Origin: Paraglomus brasilianum | Taxonomy: Eukaryota | Assembly (NCBI GenBank): GCA_910592345.1 | Contig: CAJVPI010000364.1 | Coordinates: 1-33,057 of the forward strand | Reading direction: 5' to 3' | Length of the DNA: 33,057 nt | Shown: positions 1-11,069 of the stretch, in pieces | Position numbering within the stretch: position 1 is the first letter of the stretch | How the letters are laid out: each line of letters begins with the position of its first letter | Position numbers and translations under genes: made by a program | Notes under the pieces: model-generated | Database searches by the model: none | Seen by the model: the letters and a program-made list of their open reading frames with translations, nothing else | Told to the model about the DNA's origin: nothing

Positions 1-189
1 CATGCCCTGCTTATTAGTCGCCATGATTTTATAACGAAATAATTATTTCCGTAACATGCCTTATTAGTCGCTAGGGATCTTATATCAAAGTATTGGTATC
101 AAAATAAAGAACAAAGTAAAAGACAAAATAATAACAATAATACAACATTTCCAATAATAAATAACAGATATCAATATTTTATTACAAGA

Positions 190-1095
190 GATGAAGTAGT
201 TCTGCTTTCAGTTTTATCTACTAGCTTAACTTTCCACCTGGGAAAAGGTCATTTAAATAATAAATTTTATATCACCATCCAAATTCATCACTTTAGGATT
301 TTTACACATTCCAAGATAAACATTGACATTATTTGCATTTCTGTTAGTAAATTCTTGAAGGGTTTCTACTAAAAATCTCTCCAGGTAGTTGGCTGAACAG
401 AACTATATGACTGTTTATGATCAAGTGATCAAGTTGGTGTTCAAAATCTAAATACATGAGTTTCACCAACTTGTCATCTAATCCAAAAATTTTACTAAAT
501 CATTTAGTATCCACATCCAACACTTTTGAGAGTGGTGGCCTACACTTCCATATATGCCGTCTAAAAAATATTAAGAATTAGCAATGCAATTGCAAAATAA
601 AAATATAGTTTAACATTCATACTTACAAATCCGCGAGCAAGTCATGTCCAACGAGTAAGACACCCATTGTGTCATCATCCACCTCTTGTTCCTTGAAGCC
701 TATTGGCAATTACAATTTGCTTTCAACCCTTTACAAGTAGCCATGAAGGCATCAAGGCTCTGTCAGAAATTTTATTCGTCACTAGTATTTTACGAGCATT
801 CTCGGACAACTCGTTTACATGTCCATCCCCAGGGAGTGGGCTTTGGAGTTAATCCCATATACCACGTCATTGCTGGGCCGAGCTTTAATTCATTCTTCGA
901 TGTGGACTCGTACTATCAAAAACAATCCTTCCTTATTCTCTAATTTTTTGTGGCGCCGGAGGAGTTCATCTCTTGTTGTTGTTGGAGTGGTTGAACTTGT
1001 AAAACTGGTGGTGGGTTAGCTAGAAGTGCTGGTTTTAGGGATTGACTTGGTAGGTATGTTACTCTTTATACGTCTTCTTTTGTGATACAATCAAC
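190..1095 (-). pseudogene. Degraded intron-containing gene remnant, family not identified
   Basis: Minus-strand frames give protein-like stretches (RRRIKSNIPTKSIPKTSTSS*PTTSF...RDELLRRHKKLENKEGLFL; VNELSENARKILVTNK; FKEQEVDDDTMGVLLVGHDLLAD) broken by stops and frameshifts. There is one clean intron, GTAAGT...GCTAAT...TTTTTTAG, at about 561-626. Boundaries are approximate. Confidence 0.4.
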
Positions 1096-1244
1096 CTGAA
1101 ATAGGCAATTCATATAACAAAATTCTAAACAATGGATTAGATATTGCGGCGAATGAATGTTGGCTTAAACCCGGCATCTGCTGTTGTTGGAGAAAATACT
1201 ATTTGAATTGAATCAAAGTATCGGTTTATTTATTTCTGTATAAT

Positions 1245-2120
1245 GAAATTATATATAGGATTATCCGTATATGAAAAATAGCGAATACAATGGTTCTACT
1301 AATACGAAAAGGCAATACGTTTTTTGGAGATAGGTTGCAATTGTGGTTGCTCAAAAAGAGTACCAAAAGAAAAGTTTGCCGAATTACGTGAGGCGTTTCA
1401 AGCTCTTTCTAGATCCGAACAAGACATATTTTTAATGGCCCAGACGGATGGTGGAGAAATAGCTACCAGCCAACGTCTTAAATAAAAGAAAACGCGTATT
1501 AATCAGAGGACTTTTATTGGGATTGCAATACGCCACTTTGTCAGAAAGCGTATCTCAATATGTTGAGAATTGGTCGCACTCATTTGTAAAACGTCAGAAA
1601 TTATCTGGTAACGAATGGTATAATACCGCGTGTCCATGGTAATGTCGCGATGAAAAACCAAAATAACAATTAATTTAACCGTTGCTACAGTCGTGAAGAA
1701 TCTTCTCGAGAATTATTATTATTATATACTGAAATCCATGGACTACCAAGCCCCTGGTAGAAACGTCAACCGAATTACTTAATCGCTTGCACTAAATCGG
1801 TCTATCGTGATTTATTGCAAGTCTAGAAAACGTTGAAATTGTTAAAATATGACGCATTCCACTATGGCACCAGTTAACGCCTTATATTCAAATTACGAGT
1901 CCAAGAACGGATTTATGTCAACGGTTTCGGAATGGCTTACAGAATAATGCTCGCAAGAAGAAGCAAATTAGCAGAACAACAGAGAAACTTGGTAGATGAG
2001 CATTTTATAACAAGAGGTAAAGCTGATTGTACATTCCGATCAACAGGCAAGATTTATTATCCTAGTCCGCGTAAAGTTCATTTTTCGGTATTCAAGATGA
2101 AGCGGTACGCGAACAAATCT
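1245..2120 (+). mobile_element. Decayed Sola-like (Sola2-type) DNA transposase fragment
   Basis: Reading across frameshifts and stops gives, in order: YEKAIRFLEIGCNCGCSKRVPKEKFAELREAFQALSRSEQDIFLMAQ; PLCQKAYLNMLRIGRTHL*NVRNYLVTNGIIPRVHGN; EIHGLPSPGRNVNRIT; LWHQLTPYIQITSPRTDLC; GKIYYPSPRKVH / FGIQDEAVREQI. The CxC...EQD.FL, HGN, SPRTDLC and YxxSPRKVHxFG motifs match my recollection of Sola-type transposases. No intact ORF remains. Confidence 0.75.
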
Positions 2121-2642
2121 GCTTTGTATTTTCATTTTTAAAATACTTCTAATAGTGCTGTAATTTTTGAAAATTGGTTTTATATTAATATTTTTTTATT
2201 ATACACATAATCGTATATTAAAAGTTATGAAAAATTAGTCTATAGGTTCATCGCTTGGTTGATCTTTCAGCAAATTGGAGGGAAGCCATATAAATTTCCA
2301 AACCTTGAAACCCACACGCAAGTTAAAGACAATTGAACGAATGACTAAGGGCCAATCTAATCGGAGGGCAAAAGTAAAACCCCTACAAGTAGTTTAGATG
2401 TGAAATGAAGTGAAAGAGCTTGATACCGAAGAGGGCATCAGTGTAAACGTTCAGTTCGATACTTCGACGTCAAATGTTCACTTGCAGTACGCCCCCATAT
2501 CTATCTCTCATTCCTTGCACATCATTCATTGATCACTAATTGGCAGGAAGCTTTTTTTCTGAATTCAAAGTCTGTATATTATACTTTTATGGCGAATAGG
2601 AGTGACGATAGAAGGTATAAATAATATACAATATAAATAATG

Positions 2643-3074
2643 AACACTGCCATGCCTGGGGAAACTGTGCCTCCCCCATGAATTCCCGCCAATCATACTG
2701 TCAAACGATAGCGTTTATCAAAAGTAAACTAAATAAATATTATCTGCACAATAAATAAATAAGATTGCCAAGTCGTTTCAGCACGCAAAAAAAAAAAGTC
2801 TGAAAATAAATTGGAATAAAAAAGCGAACAATCAAACTCATCTTGGGAAGTAATTAATGATTGGTGGGCAATCCAGGGAGCGAAGCGGGTGAACACAGAG
2901 GAAAGTTTACGATACCGTCCCACTATTATCGCACCTTAGGGAAAGCTGGCATCGCACCTTTTCAATTCCTCATGTTAGACGCGCGTCCCAATCTTATACG
3001 ACGCTCTTCACCCAACAGTAGAGTACTCAGCGCACGGAGAGATGCACAATTTGCCCCAGGCATTTGACACGGTT
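2643..3074 (-). ncRNA. Large structured RNA element (probable RasGAP 3'UTR cis-element or unassigned ncRNA)
   Basis: Nested inverted repeats: 2648-2676/3036-3069, 2679-2696/2857-2875, 2887-2893/3007-3013, 2894-2903/2966-2974, 2908-2916/2948-2956, 2983-2987/3000-3004. About nine non-Watson-Crick positions read as G-U on the minus strand, against one A-C. The element starts about 110 nt after the RasGAP stop codon. Confidence 0.55.
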
Positions 3075-3183
3075 GGCCTAAAAATGTTACAAAAAAAAAG
3101 ATGCATGGAAAAGAATTAAACAAAATGAATCATACAAATTATTGAATATTGAACAGTACAGCACAAATTGGAACGCCCAACAA

Positions 3184-6100
3184 CTACATCTTTCGTCTAG
3201 CAAACGTCTTGTTCAAGAGCTGGAGTATTTTGCTCACGTCTAACTGGACGTATTCGAGGTCTAGTGATACTACGTTGTCTTGTTGCTATATAATAGACAA
3301 TTAAATGTGTTACTAAGTAGGATTCACTTAATGCAACCGCAAAACACTGGAATATTAACCTTCTCTAAAAGATCATCAAGTTTGAGATCCATCTCTAGAA
3401 TGGCTGCTTCTCGTCCTCGGTAATGTAAAGCAATTACAAAAGTTCCTGGAACCGGTGACGTGATATTAAAGTAGATATCTCGCCGTCTACCATAAATGAA
3501 ACCATTATAATTGATAAGTAAGCACTGTCCGTGACAATTAAAGCCAAAATGAAAATGGGGAAAATATGTCAAGTCCAAATGTAGTGATTTATCTTCCCCT
3601 CAATAAAATCATACCGATAATCAGGAACACTGCTTTCGACAATTATTCCATCCCTCTCCAATTGGATATAAGTAAACTTGTATGGTCCTATTGCTTTCTG
3701 TTTTTGAGTATTGTCCTTATCACCAACTTTCACAACGCTCACTGGTCCAACACTATCCTTTGACGTTTGTATTCTCACATTCTGTAAATACGCTTTATAC
3801 TGCTCCAGCTGACTCCTTAGATAATTGTTATGGTCACATATAGTTTTATATACTGCCTCGAGGGATTTGATCTCCTCGTTGACAAGTTCGCGCAAATTAC
3901 CCAAATGAGCCAATTCTTGGGCAACTTCCTCAGTCATAAGTTTATACCCATCACTACTGTCAGTTACATGAGCTTCTTCGAGTTCTCGTAGCATCTCTTT
4001 AACTTTGATACCTTTGCGAACGAGTGTGGCATCTTTGGTGGTAGCGGCAGTTTCAGCAATGTAGGCTAGATCAATTGGCCGTCGCTCAGCGACACGCGGC
4101 ATCGAGCGGATCAACTGAACAAAGATGGATTTGGTTTCCATGTAAAGAATGTCGTTTTGGGTTAGATTATTGTCGGACATGAGAGCTGTTGCAAGATCTA
4201 TGTGCACAAGCATGCGAAAAGATACTGCTGTTAGTAAAAGTTATTTGTAGAATCATTACAAGTGAAAAATAATAAAACCTTGTATAGGAGTCTCCCAACG
4301 GCTGAATAGAGGCAACTCGATTGCTCTGTTCTCTTTACGCGGTACTTGCGGTGGGGCGGGACCAACCTCATCAAGCAATATGCGGAGATGGCTCTTGTCC
4401 GATGCTGCCTGCAAATTACATTTCGAATTATAAATGCTTGTAAATTGTGGACAAATCGACTAGAAAAAACATGTACGATTGTATTTACCAATTCGTTTTT
4501 ATGTTGAAGTAATAGATCATGTGTGTTATATATTTCGTTCAAGGTTATATGAAGTACAAGGTCTTTCTTTGATAGAGCAATGTACTGGTCCATCTGAATA
4601 AAAAGTGATTTGTATCAGAAATAAGGTTATAGATGTTATGATTTGTGCAATCCAAATATCTCACCTCCAAACTTTCGTAAAAGTCTCCCACTTCGCACAA
4701 ACTCAACAAAAATTTATTAATCCTCCGTTTATTCTCTTCAACGAATGGATTCAACATTTTCATATACGCTTCTTTGGCATATGTGGGTTTATTGGCAAGA
4801 TTCTGAAGCATTTTTGCTATCTATGGAAGCAATAGTGACGCATAAGTAACGACTTGTCGTCGTGAAGCTCGTTAAAATGGGAAAATAATAAACTCACCAG
4901 AGTTAAAGTTCGCCTGGGGTGCTTTCCTGGCACATTGTCGACTAGCATGTAAGCTTCTGGGGTAACAACAGCTGGATTCAAAAATCGTAGGAAAAAGAAC
5001 GCTCCTATCATGGAGCATATCATAAACTCGGTTGCATTTGGATATTTTCTCTATGAATATAAAAACCGAGATATGAGTACGGGGGTTATCGCAGAAAGTT
5101 CGATTATACATGTAATATCCGGTACCTTTGTTAAAGACCTAATCTGCTTGCATATCCATCTAATACCATAAGGAACTTTCTCGAGAGAATTGATAATGGT
5201 AGCCAAAAACGAATTAGCAATCTCCGTCAACATGGTCAATCTCGGAGCAATGATTGCCTGTACTTCCGCATTAGCAGCGGCATCTTCGGCCGTAACCGAC
5301 CTCGGCAAATGCTCGGGCACTTGTCCAGTCTCCTCTTCTATTTGTTGGATCATTTGCAAATATACTTTTAACGGATCTATTTCTAGATTTAAATCTTTAT
5401 GCTCGATTAGACTGTTAATTCGCTCCGATAAGACGGATTTCTGGTAGCTTTGACCTGGACCACGACGAGTATAAGTTGTCATCATGCGAGAGACGGGTGT
5501 ATTTGCGCGGAGGAGAGAATTGAAATCTGTGGTTGTTTCAAACTGGGCTGCAAGAACAGACTTGGGAATAAGGGTTTTGAAAGTGAATACCGAATCACAT
5601 GTTATAAGAGACATGGTCATATGTGATTATTGATATTAGCTCTACCTGGAACATGGTTAATAGCAGATGCTCCTCTCTGCTTTCATATTGATTTCCGTAT
5701 AACGTAAACATAACAGTCTGCAATAAAACGTCAATCTCCGTCAGACTGACTAGACGACACAATGTTGCAATGTGACGTGGCTCTGTTTGAAGAAGAAAGA
5801 AAAGGTTTCCATATTGTTGCATCTTTCGATCATCTAGAAAATTTCCCTCTTGGGGGTCTGACTCTTCTAAATGACTCTCAACTTCTTGTTTCTGTAATGA
5901 CACGATGCATATCGAACGTAAGTAAAAACATTGTAGGTTAATTGAAAGACCGAATAAAAATTGATGGCTGTTAGAACGTGTACACGGTTTACAATCAATT
6001 AGTTGAATAATTAATGTCTCTTGATTGCAAACAACGTAGTAGCATACCTCGTCTAAAGCCATCCGATTTTGAATCAAGAGAGCGATACGAGAATCCAAGT

Positions 6101-6555
6101 ATCTCACATCACGCTCAAGTACAAAATTCTTTTTCGACTGTGCGGAAATGCGACTTTTTAATTCTCTTAGGCGTTTTTGTGCTATAACAAACGCAATTTT
6201 TAAAAAAAAAAGTTAGAGTGTTTGTAATAACGAATCGTAACATTTAAAACGCACACAGTATGACAGTAGTCATCCCTCATCAGAATCGCTATTTCTTTTT
6301 ATCGTTCGTACCGGCCCGTTGTTCTCCCTCTGATATTCTCCCTCTTTATTCAATGAATTTACCTCTAGCCAAATCATCTTCGACTTCGACATCTTGTTCA
6401 GCTGCCATTGAATATAAAGCAGTGACAGAGTATCTCTTGCTTGTCCGATTATTACCGTTTCCCGTTGTCACCCGCCGTCCGCTTGTGGCTGTCGACGAGC
6501 GGGACACCACCGGAAGAGGGATGCCATAACTTGCTAATATACTTTGTCGATCCAT
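3184..6555 (-). CDS. gap1: Ras GTPase-activating protein, Gap1/Sar1 type (RasGAP + RasGAP_C), ~787 aa
   Basis: 11 exons with GT-AG introns: 6555-6363, 6181-6048, 5891-5646, 5560-5126, 5050-4898, 4820-4665, 4593-4489, 4408-4279, 4197-3615, 3486-3360, 3285-3184. Total 2364 nt, in frame. Contains the arginine finger SLLRANT, the RasGAP signature [24 protein letters not shown], the N-terminal coiled coil [22 protein letters not shown] and a C-terminal LDDLLEKQ segment. Confidence 0.95.
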
Positions 6556-7220
6556 CGGTTTGTCGGTGGAAAAAAAAGCAAGATGTTGAAAAGTGGTATG
6601 AGAGTCAAAACAAATGTAATAATTATTTAAAATAGGGTTGTGGAAGGAAATTAGTGAAGTAATGAGTGAGAGAGCGTGCAGGTTAAAATTGAAAGGAAGA
6701 GTGTCTTGAAGCAGCGAGGAGATAAGAGGTTATAGAATAGGGAATACTTGGCTGTCGAAACACAAGGGTAATTTAGAGGAACTGTGTGATTATTTTGAAA
6801 TTTTCATATGGACAAGTGTAACCTTGTACGCAACAAAATCGGTAAGTCGGTTTTATTCCCCCCAACCGCTTTTTTCTTACGACAAACACTTGCAGCTATA
6901 TAATACCAGCCTTGTCTCTGTCTCTTGATCTATGCATTCGATGTCAGAATTAATTAGGCGCTGCACGAATAATGTTTGCAGACTATCGCGTATAGCATAA
7001 CGAGCTCGAAGAAAGACATACTGTTGTCAATATGCCGTGCAATATTGGAAGAGACATAATGTCAAGGCCGTCATGTATCGAGTCATGTCATTATTGTATG
7101 CATTGGTCTATCAATGATTTTTCCTTTGATAATGGGTTTATTTGATTTAATTACCTTACATATACGAAAGACGACAAGGAGGAGAACTGGTCATCTAGTA
7201 ACTATAATAACTACACGCAA

Positions 7221-7276
7221 TCAAGCAATGAAACAGTAATCGAGCAAGCAAGCAATGAAACAAGCAATCGAGCAAT
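7221..7276. repeat. Short imperfect tandem duplication (CAAGCAATGAAACA...AATCGAGCAA, two copies)
   Basis: Directly visible in the RasGAP-RGS intergenic region. Confidence 0.6.
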
Positions 7277-8546
7277 TAATTAATTCAGATTTTCACGATG
7301 ACTTGACACATATTTAACTTGACACGAGTTTATTTATAACTTTACCACCCGCGAACTAACTGCTGAGAATTTTTCAGTTAAATTACGTAAATAGCATTTT
7401 ATTTATAGGAATTAATATGACACAAATCAATCTCTGGGGTGTAACAGACATATGGCACATACAGCATTATACAACGGCGCTTTGGTATGGACATTTTATT
7501 GGTAGGGAGATGCTAGGAACAAAGGATAAGGTGTATACACGTGACATGTAATAACGTATTAATATTAATATTAGGTATTAGATATTAAGTAAGATACTAT
7601 TGCTATCGCTATTCTATAGTAATAGATGCAGTCCTGTTAATTGGTACTTACAAAGCAATGCACCTATTTGCATTTCGATTGGGCGTGGTACTACGACATA
7701 GGACAATGCTTTTTGCATGTCAATTCCTCACCCACAAAGTGTCTTTATTCTAGAAGCTTTATCAGGACATGGGTCACTTGCTTCTCTTACACGCAAGCGC
7801 CTCCTGACCTCTTGTTTCCCCAACTAAACACCGCCCTAGTTTCCTCTTTTTTTTTTGACTGCTTATTTGCCGGTATGATTTCCATATATGGAATTGAATG
7901 ACCTTTGTATTTTGAATGATTTCTCTTTCTGAGAAATTAGTCTCTCTCTTGGAGCGATCATTATTCGTTATTGTTCTCTATACATAAGTAGGCGTTGTCA
8001 TTAGCTTGTCATTAGCGACTTTTTGGAGACGGGGCCTGGTTTGCCGGCGATAAAAAGGTCCAAAAATGACGATATTTATTTGGTCTACTATTGCCACAAC
8101 ATCTTATCGGGCAATATGCATAAGACGGGTTTCTTTGTTTGTGATAGCGGCAATATGTATCGATATATGTAGATATATGTATAGACCCTAAATTAATGTT
8201 AACGCTGAAACCTGACACAGACATCAATTCGACTGTCGCAACTGTTGTGCAATTCTTATACTGCTATTGTAATTATAGTGTATTAGTATTGTTATTTAGT
8301 ATTGTCATGTTTTTATTTGCCGGATGAAACAAAACCCCCCCTTGACATTGGACATAATGACAAAATGCATGCTGATGGATTGTTTACAATGATGCCGCAA
8401 ACGTGGCAACATGCCTTAAGCGAATGATATCGCAAACATTGTGCCGAGTTTACGCATCGTAACTTTCATAGTAGCACAATGATGGGAAGAGATATATGAG
8501 AGAGGAACGGTTGTCGGAAAGGATAAAAGCAATGATACAAGTAACT

Positions 8547-8600
8547 AGTAACAAGTGCCAAGCAACAAGTAACAAGCAACAAGCAACAAGTAACAAGTGC
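8547..8600. repeat. 7-bp tandem repeat (AGYAACA/AGTGCCA units)
   Basis: agtaacaagtgccaagcaacaagtaacaagcaacaagcaacaagtaacaagtgcc. Confidence 0.7.
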
Positions 8601-9274
8601 CTTGACAACCATCCATCTCTATTACACCATCATGTCAAATATGATGTACATACTAATACAGGACATACAGCTCATCCGTTGTATCCATCCGTGTGTGCCA
8701 TGTATGAAATAAACTCTTTTCTTCTTTTCTTCGTGGGGCATCGTCACCCCGCATCTTGCACATTGCAGTTATACTTTTTGTCTGTGCATGTCGATTACCG
8801 CCATCTAGATCCGTGTGGGTGATATCGGTAAGACGCAGAGGAGGAGGATGATGGATGTTACAGTAAACATAGTAATAGTAGATAATATATATTAGTACTG
8901 TATTATAAATATACTTTTCTATTGACGTATATTTATACAGAGTATGGCAGACACAAAATATTAATAATTTATTGTAACTATTGTCTCAACGGATTAGAAT
9001 CATCGAATTATATTGTTTCCTCATTACACAGACAATCCACGATTGACATCAACGTTCTCTGTCTTTGTTGAAGAAATTACAAGCATTCCGCTTACAGTAA
9101 CCGTATCACAAAGTAATTTACCGTTTATAGCCGAGAACCGACCCCCTTTTCATACTCCATTTCTCCTTATAACACGGCGCTTTCCCCTCCACAACACACA
9201 AAAAATTTCACTTTTTGCGCACATTTCTACTAATAATAATTAATTGTTGTAATTATCATCACCAAATCATTAAA

Positions 9275-11042
9275 ATGTCTCGCTCATTCAGAACAACACG
9301 AAGACGTTCTTCCGTATTAGAGGATGATGTAACAAAAACACTGCTGGCAGCTAAAACACCTACCCCAATTTCAAAACGCCGTGGATCAGCCGTTTCGATA
9401 GAAAGTCTCCAACCATCGTCTCGCCGCAATTCTATAATAATGATAGATGCACCTATACTAGCCACCGACTTTACAAACGGACAACACAAAGTACTAGAAC
9501 TAACAGACACTTGCGAATTTATCAACGATGTTCCGGCTGTGCTTAGTCTACCAAGTCCTCCAAAAAGTCCCGACTCTGAAAACGACGAAGACATCGGGAC
9601 ATTATCACAACACGCTCATCAGCGATCATTATCCATGTCTTCAGATAATCCAATACCGTCAATTGGTAAACCGACACAAAAGTTCGACTACCATTATGCC
9701 TACAAGCAAAGATCAAAAATGTCAACAAGAAAGTTGGAAAGTTTCTTTGGAGAAAAACCACCTCTCGATATCTGCATGAAGGAGATTGAGAAGGAAGGGC
9801 TAAAGGCGATGCTCAATTCTAAAATACCCTTGTGTTATTTCATGTATTCTTTATTGGAAGAATATTCCGCAGAGAACTTGGTAAGTAAGCAAAAGAGGGT
9901 TATATCGAAGGGTTATATCGAAGGGTTATATTGAAAGGGTTATATTGAAAGGGTTATATTGAAAGGGTTATATTGAAAGGGTTATATTGAAAGGGTTATA
10001 TTAAAAGGGTTATATCGAAAGGGTTATATTGAAAGGGTTATATTTTGATTTCATTCAGCTGTCAATCAGTCATTTGCCAGTCAAATCTTACCTTATTAGT
10101 CATGGGTGACTTGTGTGAAATGGCATTATGACCAAAAATGGTTATTCCGACCAAAAATGGTTATTCAAAAGACGTAAACTAACACTTGTCCGTTTGTATT
10201 ACAGTTCTTCTTACTCGAAGTGGAACAATACGAATCCTTCGACTATCTATGTTCCAACCAGCAATTCGCAACAGCACAACATATATTCGTAACTTACCTT
10301 ACACCAAATTCACAATTCGAAGTTAATGTTGACGATAAAGTACGAAAATCAGTAATAACTTCAATAAAAAGTCAACAAAATTTACGACATTGTTTCAATG
10401 ATGCAAAGAGAGCAGTATTGGCCTTGCTCGAAGTTAGCTTTGCGCAATTCATGAGAAGCAATGCGGCTGATATGATGAAAAGAGATATAGGTAAGCATCA
10501 TGGAAAACCCATGAAATTACGTATTCGTGTTTACGTGCGTGTTTACACGCTCTTTATGACCCCAACTAACATTCACATGTTTCCAATTTGTTACAGGCGA
10601 AGCAACAACCCACTATTCACCAGAAGCCAGAGACAACGCAATCCTTCTCCTCCTTCGTTTTCTCGGCCGCCAATCGCCTCTCTCTTCAGGTTCTGTCCCT
10701 ACACCGGCACCCTCTGCTCCATCTTCTCCAATAACCTCGCCGACCGTCGCCATCTCTCAACATCGACATCAGTTGGTGCGAACAATGGTGTACGAGTTTG
10801 TTCGTGCGTTGCTAGACATTGACGTCGAAACTTACTTCTCCGAAGGAATAAGAAATCGATTCAATGACCGAGGCGAATCAAAAGGAAACTCTGTTGACAT
10901 GGGAACATGGGAAGAGGATATGGAACTGTTTGGGGAAAATGGAGTTGGGTGTGCTGGCGCAAATGTTAAGCATAGAAAGAGTGTCAAGGAATTGAATCCA
11001 TTTAAAAAGGGACATTACCGAAACGGGCATGGGCGGAGATAA
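9275..11042 (+). CDS. RGS (regulator of G-protein signalling) domain protein, ~445 aa
   Basis: Exons 9275-9880, 10205-10490 and 10597-11042 (1338 nt, in frame). The spliced RGS core reads YFMYSLLEEYSAENL|FFLLEVEQYE...AQHIFVTYLTPNSQFEVNVDDKVRKSV...CFNDAKRAVLALLEVSFAQFMRS. The Ser-rich N-terminus carries RRSS, RRGS and RRNS motifs. Confidence 0.9.
9895..10044. repeat. Intronic minisatellite, 11 copies of a 13-14 bp unit GA(A)AGGGTTATATY
   Basis: I count 11 GGGTTATAT cores starting just after the RGS intron 1 donor site. Confidence 0.95.
10129..10166. repeat. 19-bp tandem duplication (GACCAAAAATGGTTATTC, two copies) in RGS intron 1
   Basis: Directly visible in the sequence. Confidence 0.8.
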
Positions 11043-11069
11043 ATGTAGAGTTAAATGAAAGAAAAAAAA

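Noticed and set aside
2960..2980. AUGA...AAAA...GA in the RasGAP 3' fold considered as a SECIS element
   Set aside because: The kink-turn geometry and helix II length do not fit, and the RasGAP has no in-frame UGA.
7641..9243. Short ORFs in the RasGAP-RGS intergenic region
   Set aside because: No recognisable domains or splice-consistent models. One is kept open by a 7-bp repeat.
9895..10044. Repeat array considered as a CRISPR array or true telomere
   Set aside because: The units are contiguous with no unique spacers and sit inside a spliceosomal intron in a eukaryotic locus. They are not at a chromosome end.
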